This document shows, piece after piece, positions 38,721-51,132 of a stretch of DNA of 64,000 bases. Numbering within the stretch: the stretch's first letter is position 1; every line of letters starts with the position of its first letter. The notes below the pieces were generated by a model. That model was not told where the DNA came from, ran no database searches, and saw only the letters and a list, made by a program, of their open reading frames with translations. The stretch comes from Lama glama. Its lineage: Eukaryota. Both the position numbers and the translations under genes were made by a program. The stretch spans positions 30,380,001 to 30,444,000 of the forward strand of contig CM052837.1 in assembly GCA_028534125.1 (NCBI GenBank). Reading direction: 5' to 3'.

Positions 38721-40859
38721 TAAAATAATACTCAGTTTTGGAGATGAGGAAAGTCAGCGTGGCCTTTCAGCATTGCTGACAAGGGGAAACCGGCCCCACC
38801 TTTGAAGACAGCAATTTGGCAACGCTTAGCAAGAGCCTTAAAAACATTCATGAACTTTCACCCAGTAATTCAATTTCTGGGAATCTATCTGAAGGAAATA
38901 ATCCTATAGATGGAAATTTATGCATTATGATAAATGTAGCATAATTTTTAATTATAAAAAAATGAAAAGAAACCCAAATGTCCACTAAGGGAGTAATGGT
39001 ACGTAACTTACGTCGTTTTGGCAGAATGAAGAAATGCCATGTTAGGTTACAAAGAGGGGAAAATAAATTTCAAATTGTGTATATACCAACACACATTCCA
39101 CAATGATGTAAAAACATACTAAGCAGAGCAAAAGACGGAAAAAAAAAAAAGGAGCAAAATGTTAGCAGCTGCTGCCTATGGATTTGGGACTTGATTTTAG
39201 GTAATTTTACTTTCCTGTATTATTTCATATTTTCTACAAGCATGAATTTAATTTATATAATAGAAGTAACTATATTGCAATAGTTTTAAATTAAAAAAAA
39301 ACTAAGATCCCTATTTCCTTTTGGTGTGATGCAGAAATACACTATATTACCCCAGCACATTACCTGTTCAGAAGAGGTGCAGTCATGTTCTTCAAGAGAT
39401 ATTTTATTAAAAGAAACCATAAGCATGGAAGGTGAGTTCTAGATGGAATCAGGGAATAGATCTACTCTGTGACTGAATTTTTGGGGCAGAAACAAGGTTA
39501 GCTGCTGAAATGACTACTGCTCTAATCGGATAAATTCCTATTTCATCCTGAAGCTAGAATGTCAGAGAATAACAAAGAAACCCAGGAAAGCGATCAGTTC
39601 TTCCACGCTCACCTGTGGAAAGAAGAGGTTCTGTGCAATTCACAAAATGCATTTTAAAGAGCACTTTTCAGTTGGTTGTCCAAGTATTTTTCGAGAAAAT
39701 GAGATTAAAAAGTGCCTAAAGGCAAGTAGGTGGGTGGGAGGGAGAGACAGGTGCGGAGGCAGAGATTAGAAGAAGTAAAACAAGCAGTGAGTGCTCGTGG
39801 AACTTCGAAATTCCTAGGATTTTACACACTGAAATTAATACATCATTTATATTTAGAACATGGATACCGACAGAAATAAACCGGCAAAGCAGATGAGAAT
39901 CTGGTGGATAAACTTAAAAGCTATTTTAAAAAATATTCATTTAATACTTGCTTGTTGTAAAAAGCCTAACAGAACAGAGGGGTATTCAAGTAATAAAAGC
40001 CGTCCTCTTTCCCACATCTGCTTCACTTACCAGGGACAGCCTCCATCAAAGTTATTTCACATCCTTGAAGACAATATTCACGCATACACCTTTTTTTAAA
40101 AACATCACTGGGGATTAAACTGTACAGAGTACTCTGCAGCTTAATTCCGCCCCCCACCCCACTTACTAACTGACCTTCAGCCACTTGCACGTCAACACAC
40201 ATGGGTCAGCCACACTTTGGTTCTTTTTAAAGTGACGTGTGGTCACGACTGGACGGCTGTAACATCACCTGCCCAGACCTGTACTCACGGACGTTTGGCT
40301 GTATCCCGTTAACTGCTCTTGTGAACAGTGCCGCTCTGAACATCCTTGTACCTATTCATTTGCACACCTAGTCAGGTTAATTCCATGCGAGAAATTCCTG
40401 TAAGTCGAACTGCTGGGTCACAGGGAACTCAGATTTTAGTATTTTGGAAGATACCGCTAAACTGGTCCCCTCCAAAAGTCTCCCTCTAACAGACCATGTG
40501 AACGCTCTTCCCCCCCTTATCTGGCTGTGGAATTAAGCTTTATTTATGGTGAAAAGGTGCTTTCTACTCTTTTGGGTCCACTTATTTCTATTACATCTGT
40601 TTATTTTCAAAGTACAGGTGCTTCTTACTTGACCGAAGAGAAGAGGATAAAGGGGAAGGTGTGTGAAGGTTTGTCCTGGTTCAAGTAGGTGCATCAAAAA
40701 TTACTATTAAGAAAGTAAATCTAATACATAAAATATGTAATTAACTCCAAAGTCACACATGACTGATTTGAGGATTAAGGAAATTCCTTAATTGAGAATT
40801 GTTGGCACTTATTAACTACTCTTTAAACATTTTGAATTACAATCAGCTAGTCTGATCTG

Positions 40860-41080
40860 GGGCCAGGCCCTGTTCTAGCTCTTTACGTAGATTAACTTTA
40901 TTTAACCTTTATGACAACTCTGTGAAGTGGGTGCTATGATTATCTCCATTTTATAGGTTAAAAAAAATGAGGCATAGAAGGTCTTAAGTAGTATGACCAA
41001 GGTCATACAACTCATAAAATGACAGAGCCAGAATGCGAACCAGGTATTCGAACTGTAGCCTCTGGGCGCTCAACTACCAT
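40860..41080 (-). mobile_element. MIR
   Basis: atctccattttatagg...tgaggcatagaagg...ccaaggtcatacaac. Confidence 0.75.
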
Positions 41081-42113
41081 GCTAGCATATATTTAAAGTT
41101 CATCTTCGGGAAATAAGGATGTATTCCACAGCTCTCCACAAAGCTTTTCATCACTGTGTTGATGATGGAAAATTTCCTTTCTGCCTCTGGGCTGGAGGTG
41201 GCCCCCAAAGCAAGATGTTGCAATGACTGAATTATAGATTTTCAATTTTTCTTTTGCTTTCCTACATTTCCTCCAGTGATTGCATATTGCTTTTGTAATA
41301 AAACAAAGTTGCTTTGCAGTATTGACAGTTCTTAAGAGAACACTTTTGATACCAGAAAGTGGCTCATCTTTTTAAGTGTCTCAGTAACCATCGTACCGAC
41401 AGTCACTCAGCATCAGGAGGGTTTCAGCCCATCAAACCACAAAACCACACAGACACCCCGACCTGCTTGTACCTGATGACTCTACTCCATCTGTAAAGTG
41501 GGGCCAGCATCATCGACACTGGAGAGTTGCTGTGTGGAGTAGAGATGTTTGTGAGGTTCGGAGCACCATTTGGCACTGGTAGCTCCTATAATGATTATTT
41601 CTGGCAGCTAATCCCAAAAGACAGCCATGATGACAAATTTTAAACCAAAACTTTTATAGATACAGGCACTGCTAATGGTGACTGCCTCCCAGAGGGGAAA
41701 ATGGGGAACTAGGGTGGGGGAGAGACTTCACTGCCTTTCCTCTCATATTGCTGGATTAAAAAAAAAAACCAAAAAGACATATGTATGGAGTATTATTTTA
41801 AAAGAAATCATTTTAAGACCACAGAACTTTCTATAAATGACTTTCACATTTAGGAAGAACTTTTTAATTAAGCAAACATTTTGACATACGTCAATTTACT
41901 TGGAATCACTTAGATACGTAAGGCACACTAGAATCTTCGATTACAACAGCTACACGGCTGAGGCTTTTGTACCTGAACTGCAATATATAAACCAGTATTT
42001 GGGAACAGCACGGGTCAGAAAAAATCCTATTCAAACATTCCGTTCACGTCAAAAACAATCTAAGAAATTCTGCAGAGAAGTTTAAAATTAAGTATCATTT
42101 AAGTTCTGACTGG

Positions 42114-42562
42114 CAGGGGATGTAAACGGACAGTTTGGGGGCTAAATCCAGCCAACTACCTGTTAGTTTATTTTTTTAACTGACATTTTTACCGAGGTAA
42201 TTGTAGAGCCACGTGCGGTCATGGAAGCAACACTGAGATCCCCCGCATCCTTTGCCTGGTGTTCCTCATGGTCACTCACCACCTGTTCTGTATAATCCAC
42301 AAGCTAAGACTGGCTTGTAGATTTTTAAATGGTTGAGACAATTAAAGAAAAATAAATATTTTGTGGTGGAAAATCACATGAAATTCAAATTTCACCGTCC
42401 AGAAAGACTTACTGGAACACTGCTATGCACCTTCCTTTATGAGTCATCTCCGGCTGCCTTTGTGCTGTGAGGTCAGAGTTGAGCAGGTGCAAGAGGACCA
42501 CATGGCCTGCAAAACCTAAAATATTTACTACCAGCTTCACAAAAATGTTTGCCGACCTTTGC
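42114..42562. mobile_element. MER58B-like element with a nested L1 fragment (~42170-42280)
   Basis: gctaaatccagcc...atgaaattcaaattt...tggcctgcaaaacctaaaatatttact...tttgccgacc. Confidence 0.7.
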
Positions 42563-43647
42563 GCTGGAGACTGGGCTAGGGTCAGGAGAGAAATGAGTAT
42601 CTAGAATAGTTTTCTTTTAAAGACAAAAAAAATTTCTAAATGCTGCCCGCACTGTTGATTCCCTCAGATATGGATGTTAGAAATGTCTTCTTGCAGCAAG
42701 GGACAAACGGACAATGGAAGAAGAGATACGTCAAGCTCTTTTCAAAATCCAGAGACGTCTATGTGTTTCGAAAGAACGACACACAAGACGTGAACTTCTC
42801 TTAAATATGAAGGGGTCATTGATCAAAAACTAAAAGAAATGAAGATAGATTGTTTCAAATCTACAAGTAACAACCAGTACGACTCAAATAACCATTTCCC
42901 TCCTAGGATGCTTAACATGAACACATGCAGATGACACTGGGCTACATACCAGAATAACAGCTCTTTTTCTCATGTGTTACTCCCCCAGCCTTGGACAAAA
43001 TCCTCACCCTTAGCATCAGGCTGAAGCCAGTCTTTTGTGACCTTTCAAGAAATAGACGGCACAGTGTGAGAGCACGTGAGTTTGTGCGACGCCTTGAGAA
43101 TTTCAGAATTGTGTGACAAATGTACAGTGTCTGTTTTCTATACAGTCTCTCAAACTACCATGTGAGAACTAAGCCATCCTCAGAACCGTTTGTCACGAAA
43201 GGGCTGCACGTAGGTATTACAGACAGCCCTGTTTGGTGAATCCCTCCCCAGTTTTTTTTTTTTTTTAGAGGGGGTAAAAAATTTCAGTGCTGGTGCTGAT
43301 GGATCTAGTTATGATGGAAGCAACTGCAAATTCAAAATTTTACCGAGAAAGCCAGACCCCAGAAATTCCACTCACACCGGAGGTCTTAACACACGAGGCA
43401 AAGGGACCACGGATGTAATTGAGAGGGTCCAGGGATTCGGATGGGAAAGAAGATGAATCTCATTTCACTGGCCTCTTACTGAAACTGAGCACGTGTCAGT
43501 CTGGGATGCAGGTACCAAACCACAGCAGCACTAACAGGACCAGTGATTCAGTCGACAAAAGAAATCAGTTACTTTTTCATGTAACAGCCTGGTTGTTGTA
43601 ACTATCTTGCAATACCATTTATTATGCACATTTCTACTTCAAAATTC

Positions 43648-43843
43648 GAGTACCCTTGAACAACACAGGTTTGAACTGCACCGGTGTACTTACGCACACA
43701 TTTTTTTTCCCCAACAGTAAATACTATACCACTACACTGTCGTGGTCGGTTGAATCCGCAGGCATGGAGGAACCTCGATATGGAAGGCCAGAGGCCGACT
43801 ATAAATTATCCTCAGATTAGCCCCCGCGTTGTTTAAGATCTCT
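43648..43843. mobile_element. MER8-like Tigger MITE
   Basis: acccttgaacaacacaggtttgaactgca...ggttgaatccgcagg...cccgcgttgtttaag. Confidence 0.72.
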
Positions 43844-44904
43844 AGTTAGTGGATTTGCTGTTACAGCCTTTACTGTGATGCTAATAAAACTGCACATAAT
43901 CCAAGAAGCATTTTGATAACCATTTCAATATAACTGTTTTCCTTGGCAAACCAATGCATTTTGCTTTATTCTTTTAACATCACTCAGAGAGGGGACTGAT
44001 AGAGACCGCTGGGTTCACAAAGGGATTCAGGACTCAAAAAAAAAAAAAAAAACATGAAGAAAACTGGCTTTAATGTGGGTCTCCCAGGCAGGCGGTGTTG
44101 GGTATTTGAAGGAGCGCAGACGCGGGGTCTGATCCCGACCGGCTGCTGGACTGCAGGCCTCTTTACCTTCATTTTCTTCTCTATTAAAGCAGAGGGACCT
44201 GAAGGTGGGGCATAAGCAAGGTCCTCGCCACGTGTTCCCTGAGAGCGGCTGAGCACGGGCCGTTCGCGCTCAGGGGAGTTCAAGTGCAGTTATCAGCAAC
44301 CATCAGTATCGATGCAAAATAGACTGTAATTGTGTAACCTGCCCGTGCTGGGGGACGTAACCTGGGTCATTCCTGCCATACTTGCTCCCAGCATGCGGGC
44401 AGACAGCCTAGGGACATTTTCCGATCATCCAACAACACTCACATTCGAAATTTTTTTTCCAATCCAACTACAGGCCTCACCATCTGTGCAAAAGATCTTG
44501 TCCTTTTTTTTTGCCGCAGCACTTAAAACTCAAAAGTTTCCATCCCTGATCCCCCAACCTCTGCCAGTGGAAGATGCCCTAGACTAAGGGGAGAGTCAGG
44601 CTGCAGATAACACACAGGCCCTGGAGTTCAGCACACCGGGATGGACCATCCTGTACCTGCGGCACCGAGCGAGTTAACTTTTCTGAAGAGCAGTTTCCCT
44701 CCTGAGGGTGAACGCAATGCCATTCGTTGTAAGGTTTGAACGGAATCGTGCAGGGAAATGCTTGAACTTCATGGTTCACGGTGCGTGTTCCATCCAGACC
44801 CCTGGCTGGACCTCCCCAGCCAGGAGTCTTGGTGTCAAAGGTTGAGACCTTTTTTGTACCAGCAATGCAGACAGCTTCCTTCTTAGGCACGTTTTCTTGC
44901 CTTC

Positions 44905-45060
44905 ACAGGATTGGCTACATAATTTACAGGACTTGATGCAAAATGAAAACACAGGACCCCTTGTTCAAAAAAAATTTAAGAATTCCAAGACGGCGACAGC
45001 AGAGCACGCACCAGAGTGTGGGGCCCTCCGTGACAGCACCGCCCACGAAGACGGCCCTGC
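44905..45060. mobile_element. MER45A-like hAT-Tip100 MITE
   Basis: cagg...ggctacataattt...ccccttgttcaaaa...aagacggcgacagcagagca...ggccctg. Confidence 0.7.
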
Positions 45061-46919
45061 TCCTTCACCGGAGCAGCCGGACCTGCCTGGTTACACCTTA
45101 CCGTCACCTGCGGGACCCGAGAAAGTACCGATGCCCAGGCCCCTCCGCGCAGAGACGACTCCAAATACCTCCCAGGGGACGGCAGCATGGAGCCAGCTGA
45201 GACCCGCGGGACTAGAGGGACAGAAAACCTCGGAAGAACGCCGTGGCCAGTATCTAAGAGCAGGCAGAGGGAGCCCCGGGAAAGCCCCGATAAAGCAGAA
45301 ACGTCTGTGTATAGAAATACCCCGGGCGTTCCGGACCTGTGCCAGGTGTTTCACAGAAAACGAGCCTTCAAGAGTCTGTGCCACTGCTCGGGGGCAGAGA
45401 ACACTCAGAGCCCAGCATCCTTCCGGGCTTTAACTCCGCACGGGCTACTCCGGAGCCACGATTTCCCAGCACCCTTTGCACAGCAACGCCGCTGAGCGGC
45501 CAGGTGGCCGGGGGAGGAGAGCAGAAGTTTATGCGCAACTTTCCAGCCGTGCCAAGGGGAGGGAGGATGGCCTCCTCCCATCCTGGCTGGAGCTTAAGTT
45601 GCCACCTCCTTGGACCACATGAAGCTGCGGAGTAGGGGTGAGAAGGACAGAAACCACGGAGCCCAATGTCGTAAAGTCACAGTACACGTTCTCAGTTACC
45701 CTCACCACCCCCAACAAAATAAACGAGAAAAGACACAGAGGAGCCAGTTTTTGTTTTGTGTTAAACCAGCTGATTTTATCATTAAGCCAAATGCCCCAAA
45801 CGGCCCATTTTACAGACGAGCAAACCAAGAATCTGAGGTAAAATCTTCAGCCTGATGATGGTGCCCGAGGCAGGGCTACTGTCATCTCCTCCCTCCTCGA
45901 CCCCATCACCTTTTAACAGGAGAAGGCTCCTTCTGGATTGTTCTCTCTTCACCCCACTGAGATCAGCTTATTACTCTAATGAAAGATTTGTTTTTTTATG
46001 GGAGACCCCGTCTAGCACTTTGGTTAAAATCGTGGGCTTTGGATCTACACTGCCTGGGGCTGAAACCCAACTCTGTTCTAGAAGTTGCTTCACCTTCGTG
46101 CTTCAGTTTCTGTATCTGAACAAGAGGCAGGGACTAGGGTGAGGTGGCTGAGGCCATCCTCTCTGGTGCAAATACAAAGTGGCGTCCAAAATCTCACTGA
46201 TCAGGGTCAATATTTTAATGCAACTTTTCTGAAAACCAAACGAAAGGCAGCAAAATCCACTATGAACAAAAACATCAGAATCTCAAAGACAGGACCAAGT
46301 CTGCCCCTGTACAGCCCTGCCTTAATTCCCAGGCCAACTTCTAATAAAACTTTATTTACAAAAGCAAAGCAGCTGACCTGTGGGCCATACTTTGCCAATT
46401 AAAAAGATTGTGCTTTGTGCTTTAGAATATGTGATGACCGAGTTTTTGGTGACTAGGCCTCCTTAGTCTTGCCCCAGTTCCAGCTCTGGTTGGCACCTGG
46501 GAGAAGGCGGTGAGTTAACACAGGTCAAGTTCTTAGTATAGTGCGTGGCTCAGAGTAAGGACTCACATCACCATGGCAACAGGAATTGAGGCTCACCTTT
46601 TTCTTTAAAAAACTGAATGCGTGGACAAACACAAAATCTGTGTTGTACAGCTTTGGAAGGCAGAAAGAAACCCTGGGCGGAGGAGAGCAAGAGGATGCCA
46701 CCTTGATTTCTGGACTCTTCGCTGGAGATTTTATAGCTGCACTCAGTGTGGATCAAAAGGACTCAGCCCGTCCCAGAGCCTAATCTGGAACTCATCTGTC
46801 TCTGGCATGAAGCTGTACCTTCCTCGAAGGGACCCCGGGAAGGTTGGCATTCTGAGTATTTCTCCCGTGTTTTTACCCATCACCCATTACCCTGCTGCTT
46901 GCACTCAAACAACCCAGCT

Positions 46920-47160
46920 CAGGAGTCAGCAAGAGAAGGCCCTCCAAATCGTGGCCTGTTTTTTGTAAATAAAGCTTTATTGCCACAACGCTGTACCCAT
47001 TCACTTACCTGCTACCACGGCTGCTTCAGGGACGATGGCAGATTGAGTGATTGTGTTACAGAGGTGAACAGAGCTGAATGGTTTCGAGAGAGACTAAGGC
47101 CAGAAAAGCCCAAAATATTTACTAAGTGGCCCTTTACTGAAAAAGTTCGCCAACCCCCGG
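46920..47160. mobile_element. MER58A (further fragments at ~46330-46400 and ~47390-47540)
   Basis: ggcctgttttttgtaaataaagctttattg...ccaaaatatttact...ggccctttactgaaaaagttcgccaacccc. Confidence 0.78.
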
Positions 47161-48624
47161 TTCCAGGTGAAGTCGAACTATAAACATATCCATTAATCAA
47201 TTTCCCCTTTCAGATCCATATCAACCTTGCAAAACGGAGGTGGGTATAGAAACTTGGCCTCCCCAGCTCTGCACCCCGTCAGCAGCCTCTGAGCCATTAT
47301 GGCCGTTTCCCAGTTTTATTTGGCGATTAGCTGTGTATTTTAAGTCTCACCCTAGCAGGGTTAGCCAGGTTGCTCTCCCACTTCCTGAATTACTTTACAA
47401 AGTTTTGTTGGAACACAGACACGTGGATTCTTTTTCTCACCATCTGGCTGCTCTGGTGCAGTCACAAAAGAGACCTTCTGGCTCCACGATGCCTCAAATA
47501 TTTACTATCTGGTCCAGAACTTTTTGCTGACCTCTGCCCTACGGGGCATCCACATTTACTAGCTGATACCAGGGTGGACCCAAGACCCTAGACGCCCACA
47601 CAGTTGTGAAAGTACGCTTTCCAAAAAGGCTATTTTTCCTCTTTGTCAAAAGAGCTACACCACCAGAAAGTACAAGAAATGTTTGTACGATTTCGATCTA
47701 TGGGTTTTCACTAGAAAGGTCAACAGCCCTTCTGTTCCTAGAACAGAAACATTGATAGCTCATGACAAATGGCAGAAAGGTGACAACAGACTGTAAAATG
47801 CACCAGCATTCCCCAGCCAAACCCTTCCGAACAACCGAAAATAACTCCAACGCAAAGAAATGATTCTATCATGGGTCTCCGCCGTCAACTCCATCTTTCC
47901 CTCTTACAGCGAAGATTCAAAACTGTGTCATCACCCGCCTGATGCCACCCTTCTGTGGAATCCGATTTGTTCAAACACAATTTCTAAAGTAAGCTATATC
48001 TTCAGTGAAACAGCCCCCATATACAACCAGTAACAGAGCTGTTTTCACATCTTTTTCCCCAGTTTACCAAAAACAATGAACTCTATTCAATGTTTTAAAA
48101 GCAGGGATGTTTAGGTTGACAAGGGCACACGAGAATTTGTATTAAACAAAGGCTGTATTTGAAGAAAGGAACTTCGCGTAAACTGTCATTCCACAGCCTC
48201 TTAAGCTTTGGTCAAATAAAATGTCCATTTACAAGAAATTTGGGTTTTCACCTGCTTGTTAGTTCAGCAAACACCAAGCGCTTACGGTGATGAAAGACAC
48301 TTGTCTCAGGCTTTCCCACACATCACACGTCCCAGAACTAAGTCCAGGACCCAGTGGGCCCCTCATCTCTTTTAGAAACACAAGCACAGAAATTTTGAAT
48401 TTCACAACACACAATTACAGGCTGAGCTGGGGTTAGCTTGATCTTTGGTGCCACCTACAGATCAAACTGCGTTTCTCTTCACTGCAGCGCTAAGACACTG
48501 AGAAATCCCACGTGCATTTACAATGAAATTACTCAGGGGAAGGGGTGGGAGGTGGGTGGGGTGGCACTGGAGAACCCCACACCGTAACCTGTCTATGGGA
48601 GAACATAAAAATGGAGTGTCCCTC

Positions 48625-49171
48625 ATTCTACAGATGAGTTTGCATTTTTATTGTAAGACAACAGACGGAAGGAATCACACAAAAATGTATAAGGCGAATT
48701 ACTCTGATAAACCATCACCCAGGTTAAGAAATCGAAACTTTCTGGCTACCCCAGGCCCTCCACCTACCCCGCCATCACCTTCACCTTCTACAAATCAGTG
48801 TAGTTTCAGTTTTCCCATGTGGTCGGTCTAATGAGTTTCATAATTCCATCGGAGATGGATTAGTTTTAGAACTGGAATCCATTGTGAAGACGCTATCCCT
48901 ATTGGATAGAGCAGTGCTCAATGGACCCACACCTCGGAGCCGAGTCAACCTGCTTGGATGATTCTTGGAGGGAAGACAGCCACGTGGAGAGGGGTCTCCG
49001 TGGCACCTGCCCTCATGCCACGGGGACTGCAGCTGTCGCCTCTGCAGGCCTGTGAGGTTGGAGAAGGCATCTCCAGAGCTAGTGATGCAAGTCTGGCTTG
49101 ATGGCCTGACCGCAGAGGGCTGGGCAGGGGCACCTGGACATCTGGACAGCTGACCACCCTCTTGGGCAGAA
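48625..49171 (-). other. ZFP64: ZFP64 distal isoform 3' UTR (end approximate)
   Basis: Runs from the stop codon to just past the first downstream AATAAA. Confidence 0.65.
48647..48652 (-). terminator. Polyadenylation signal AATAAA
   Basis: tttatt on the plus strand, about 520 nt downstream of the stop codon. Confidence 0.65.
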
Positions 49172-49881
49172 CTAGAGGCACTGGCTGGGCTCCAGGGACG
49201 TCTCGAGCTGCCCGACGGAGACCAGGGTGCCCAGCTGCCCCGAGGCACTGCTTTCGGGTGGGAAGGTGACCAAATCCGAGTTCTTGCTCTCATTGTGGTC
49301 ACTGTGCTGCTTCTTGTGGCACCGCAGAGAGTCGTCCCTGACGAAGGAGGCGCCGCAGGTCTCGCAGCGGAAGGCCCTCTGGGTCACGATCTTGGCCACG
49401 TGCTGTGCGCTGCTCTCCCGGGGCCCTTCCCTGCCCGGCGGGGCCCGGTTCTCCGTTTTGGCCTCGTCCCTGTGCACCTTGTCGATGTGCTTGGCCAGGC
49501 TGCTGGGCCGCTTGGTGTCGAAGCTGCAGAAGTCGCACTTGAAGGGGCGGTCCTTGCAGTGGACCCGGCTGTGCACACGCAGGGCGGCCGCGCTGGAGCA
49601 GGAGTAGCTGCACTCGGGACACTTCTCGGGGTGGTCGGCCTGGTGCAGCCGGCTGTGCTCCAGGAGGTCGGCGCGGTCCCGGCCCTGGAAGGCGCAGTGC
49701 AGGCACTTGAAGGTGTGCTTGATGCGGATGTGCGACTTGAGGTTGGCCTTCATGGTGCAGCGGACGTCACAGAACTCGCACTTGAAAGGCTTCTCCCCCG
49801 AGTGCACGATCATGTGCCTTTTCAAGTCCGAGCTGATTTTGAACTTGGCGCTACAGAGCCAGCACTGGAAGGGGGTGTCCC
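49172..49881 (-). CDS. ZFP64: ZFP64 distal terminal coding exon, six C2H2 fingers, ending ...QLETSLEPSQCL*
   Basis: Lies within ORF 49172..49906. Acceptor ttgctag|GG at 49883-49882, TAG at 49174-49172. Near-identical to the remembered C-terminus of the human alternative isoform (...LEPSQDL). CpG-rich. Confidence 0.96.
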
Positions 49882-50029
49882 CTAGCAACGGAAGGTGTGT
49901 TTCCATTAGAGCGGGCAGGCCAAACAGAACTCCCCCAAAACATGCGTCAGAACACCTGGCTGCGGAGATGGTTGGGTCTTTGAACTCCCATCACCTGTCG
50001 CCTCCTAAGGCCACCACTTACCGTGTACA

Positions 50030-50190
50030 TTGATTCCTTAATCCTCACGATCCTATGAGGGGTACCATTACGTCCATTTCATAGATGGGGAACTGAGGCT
50101 CAGAGAGGTCCAGTTGTTTGACCATGGCCAAAGAGGAGAGATTTGAACCCAGGTATCATGGTATCTAAGTCCACACTCTTCATGAGGACA
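50030..50190 (-). mobile_element. MIR in the last ZFP64 intron
   Basis: ccatttcatagatggggaactgaggctcagagagg...atttgaacccagg. Confidence 0.75.
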
Positions 50191-50917
50191 CTATGGTTTC
50201 GAACCTAAACTCACTTCACTCAGCATCCCAAATTGGACGTGGAAGGAAGAGGTGTGACTTACATTACATACAACTCTTCCAAATCAAGCTAAGACTTATC
50301 GACACACTTTAGTGTTTAAGCTGTATTAATACCTCGGTGAACTGGCTTGTACTATTTAAGTTTCATAGTTTTACAATGACAGACTTTTATTTATAAAATT
50401 AACCCACGAATATGGCAGCAAAGACAAGTAATGAAACGCCACAGCCTCTGCACTCCCTGGAGGCACCGTGAAGGGTTTAGCTCCTTTGGAGGCTGTTCCT
50501 TTAAACATCGTTGTCAGCCGTCCATGCGCAGAGATGAGATTCTTACTTACCCTACACGCCCATCCTTTCCCCGCTTTCTGTTGGTTGTGACCTTCATTCT
50601 TCTAGCATTACTTTCTAAGTGGAGTAATAAGCTCCACGTTGAGCCCATCAGCTTGAGAGGTTTGAGGACTCCTTCCTCTTGGTCACACTACCTCCCTCTG
50701 CTTGTCAGAGATAGCTGTACTGCACTGACTTGTGAATTCTCACGTTTAACCAGTTGTTTTTAAACTTTAGGATCAAACCCCAGGTAACGGACATTATGGC
50801 TGGGCATATGAATATTCACCAGAGCCAAATGCTGCCCTGGGATCACATCCTCTTCCTCACAGGGTCACTGTCACATCGGGGCCAGTTGACTGTGTTGCTG
50901 GTATCAAGGTCAGATTG

Positions 50918-51132
50918 ATTTTTTTAAAAAAATTGAAGTATAGTTGACTTATAGTATTATCTTAGTTTCAGATATGCAACAGTGATTCAATATTTGTAGA
51001 GATTATAAGCCCTTTAAAGTAATTATGAAGTAATGGTTATATTTCCCAGTCTTGTGCAGTACATCCTTGTTGCTTCTCTTATACACAGTAGTTTGTTTCT
51101 CTTAATCCCAGATCCCTATCTCGCCCCTTCCC
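50918..51132 (-). mobile_element. L1 3' end fragment, intronic
   Basis: aattgaagtatagttgacttatagtattatcttagtttcag...tacatccttgttgctt. Confidence 0.78.

Noticed and set aside
44897-45433. 178-aa plus-strand ORF
   Set aside because: Begins in a MER45A-like MITE and continues in stop-poor GC-rich DNA; no recognisable domain or splice structure.
48838-49302. 154-aa minus-strand ORF as a separate gene or functional alternative C-terminus
   Set aside because: Only a short stretch resembles the paralogous tail, and the homology shifts between frames and crosses stops. Better explained as decayed sequence (see findings).
49227-49885. Long plus-strand ORFs (196 aa, 126 aa) and alternative minus-frame ORFs over the ZFP64 last exon
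   Set aside because: Shadow ORFs caused by the GC-rich codon usage of the real exon; no independent coding signal.
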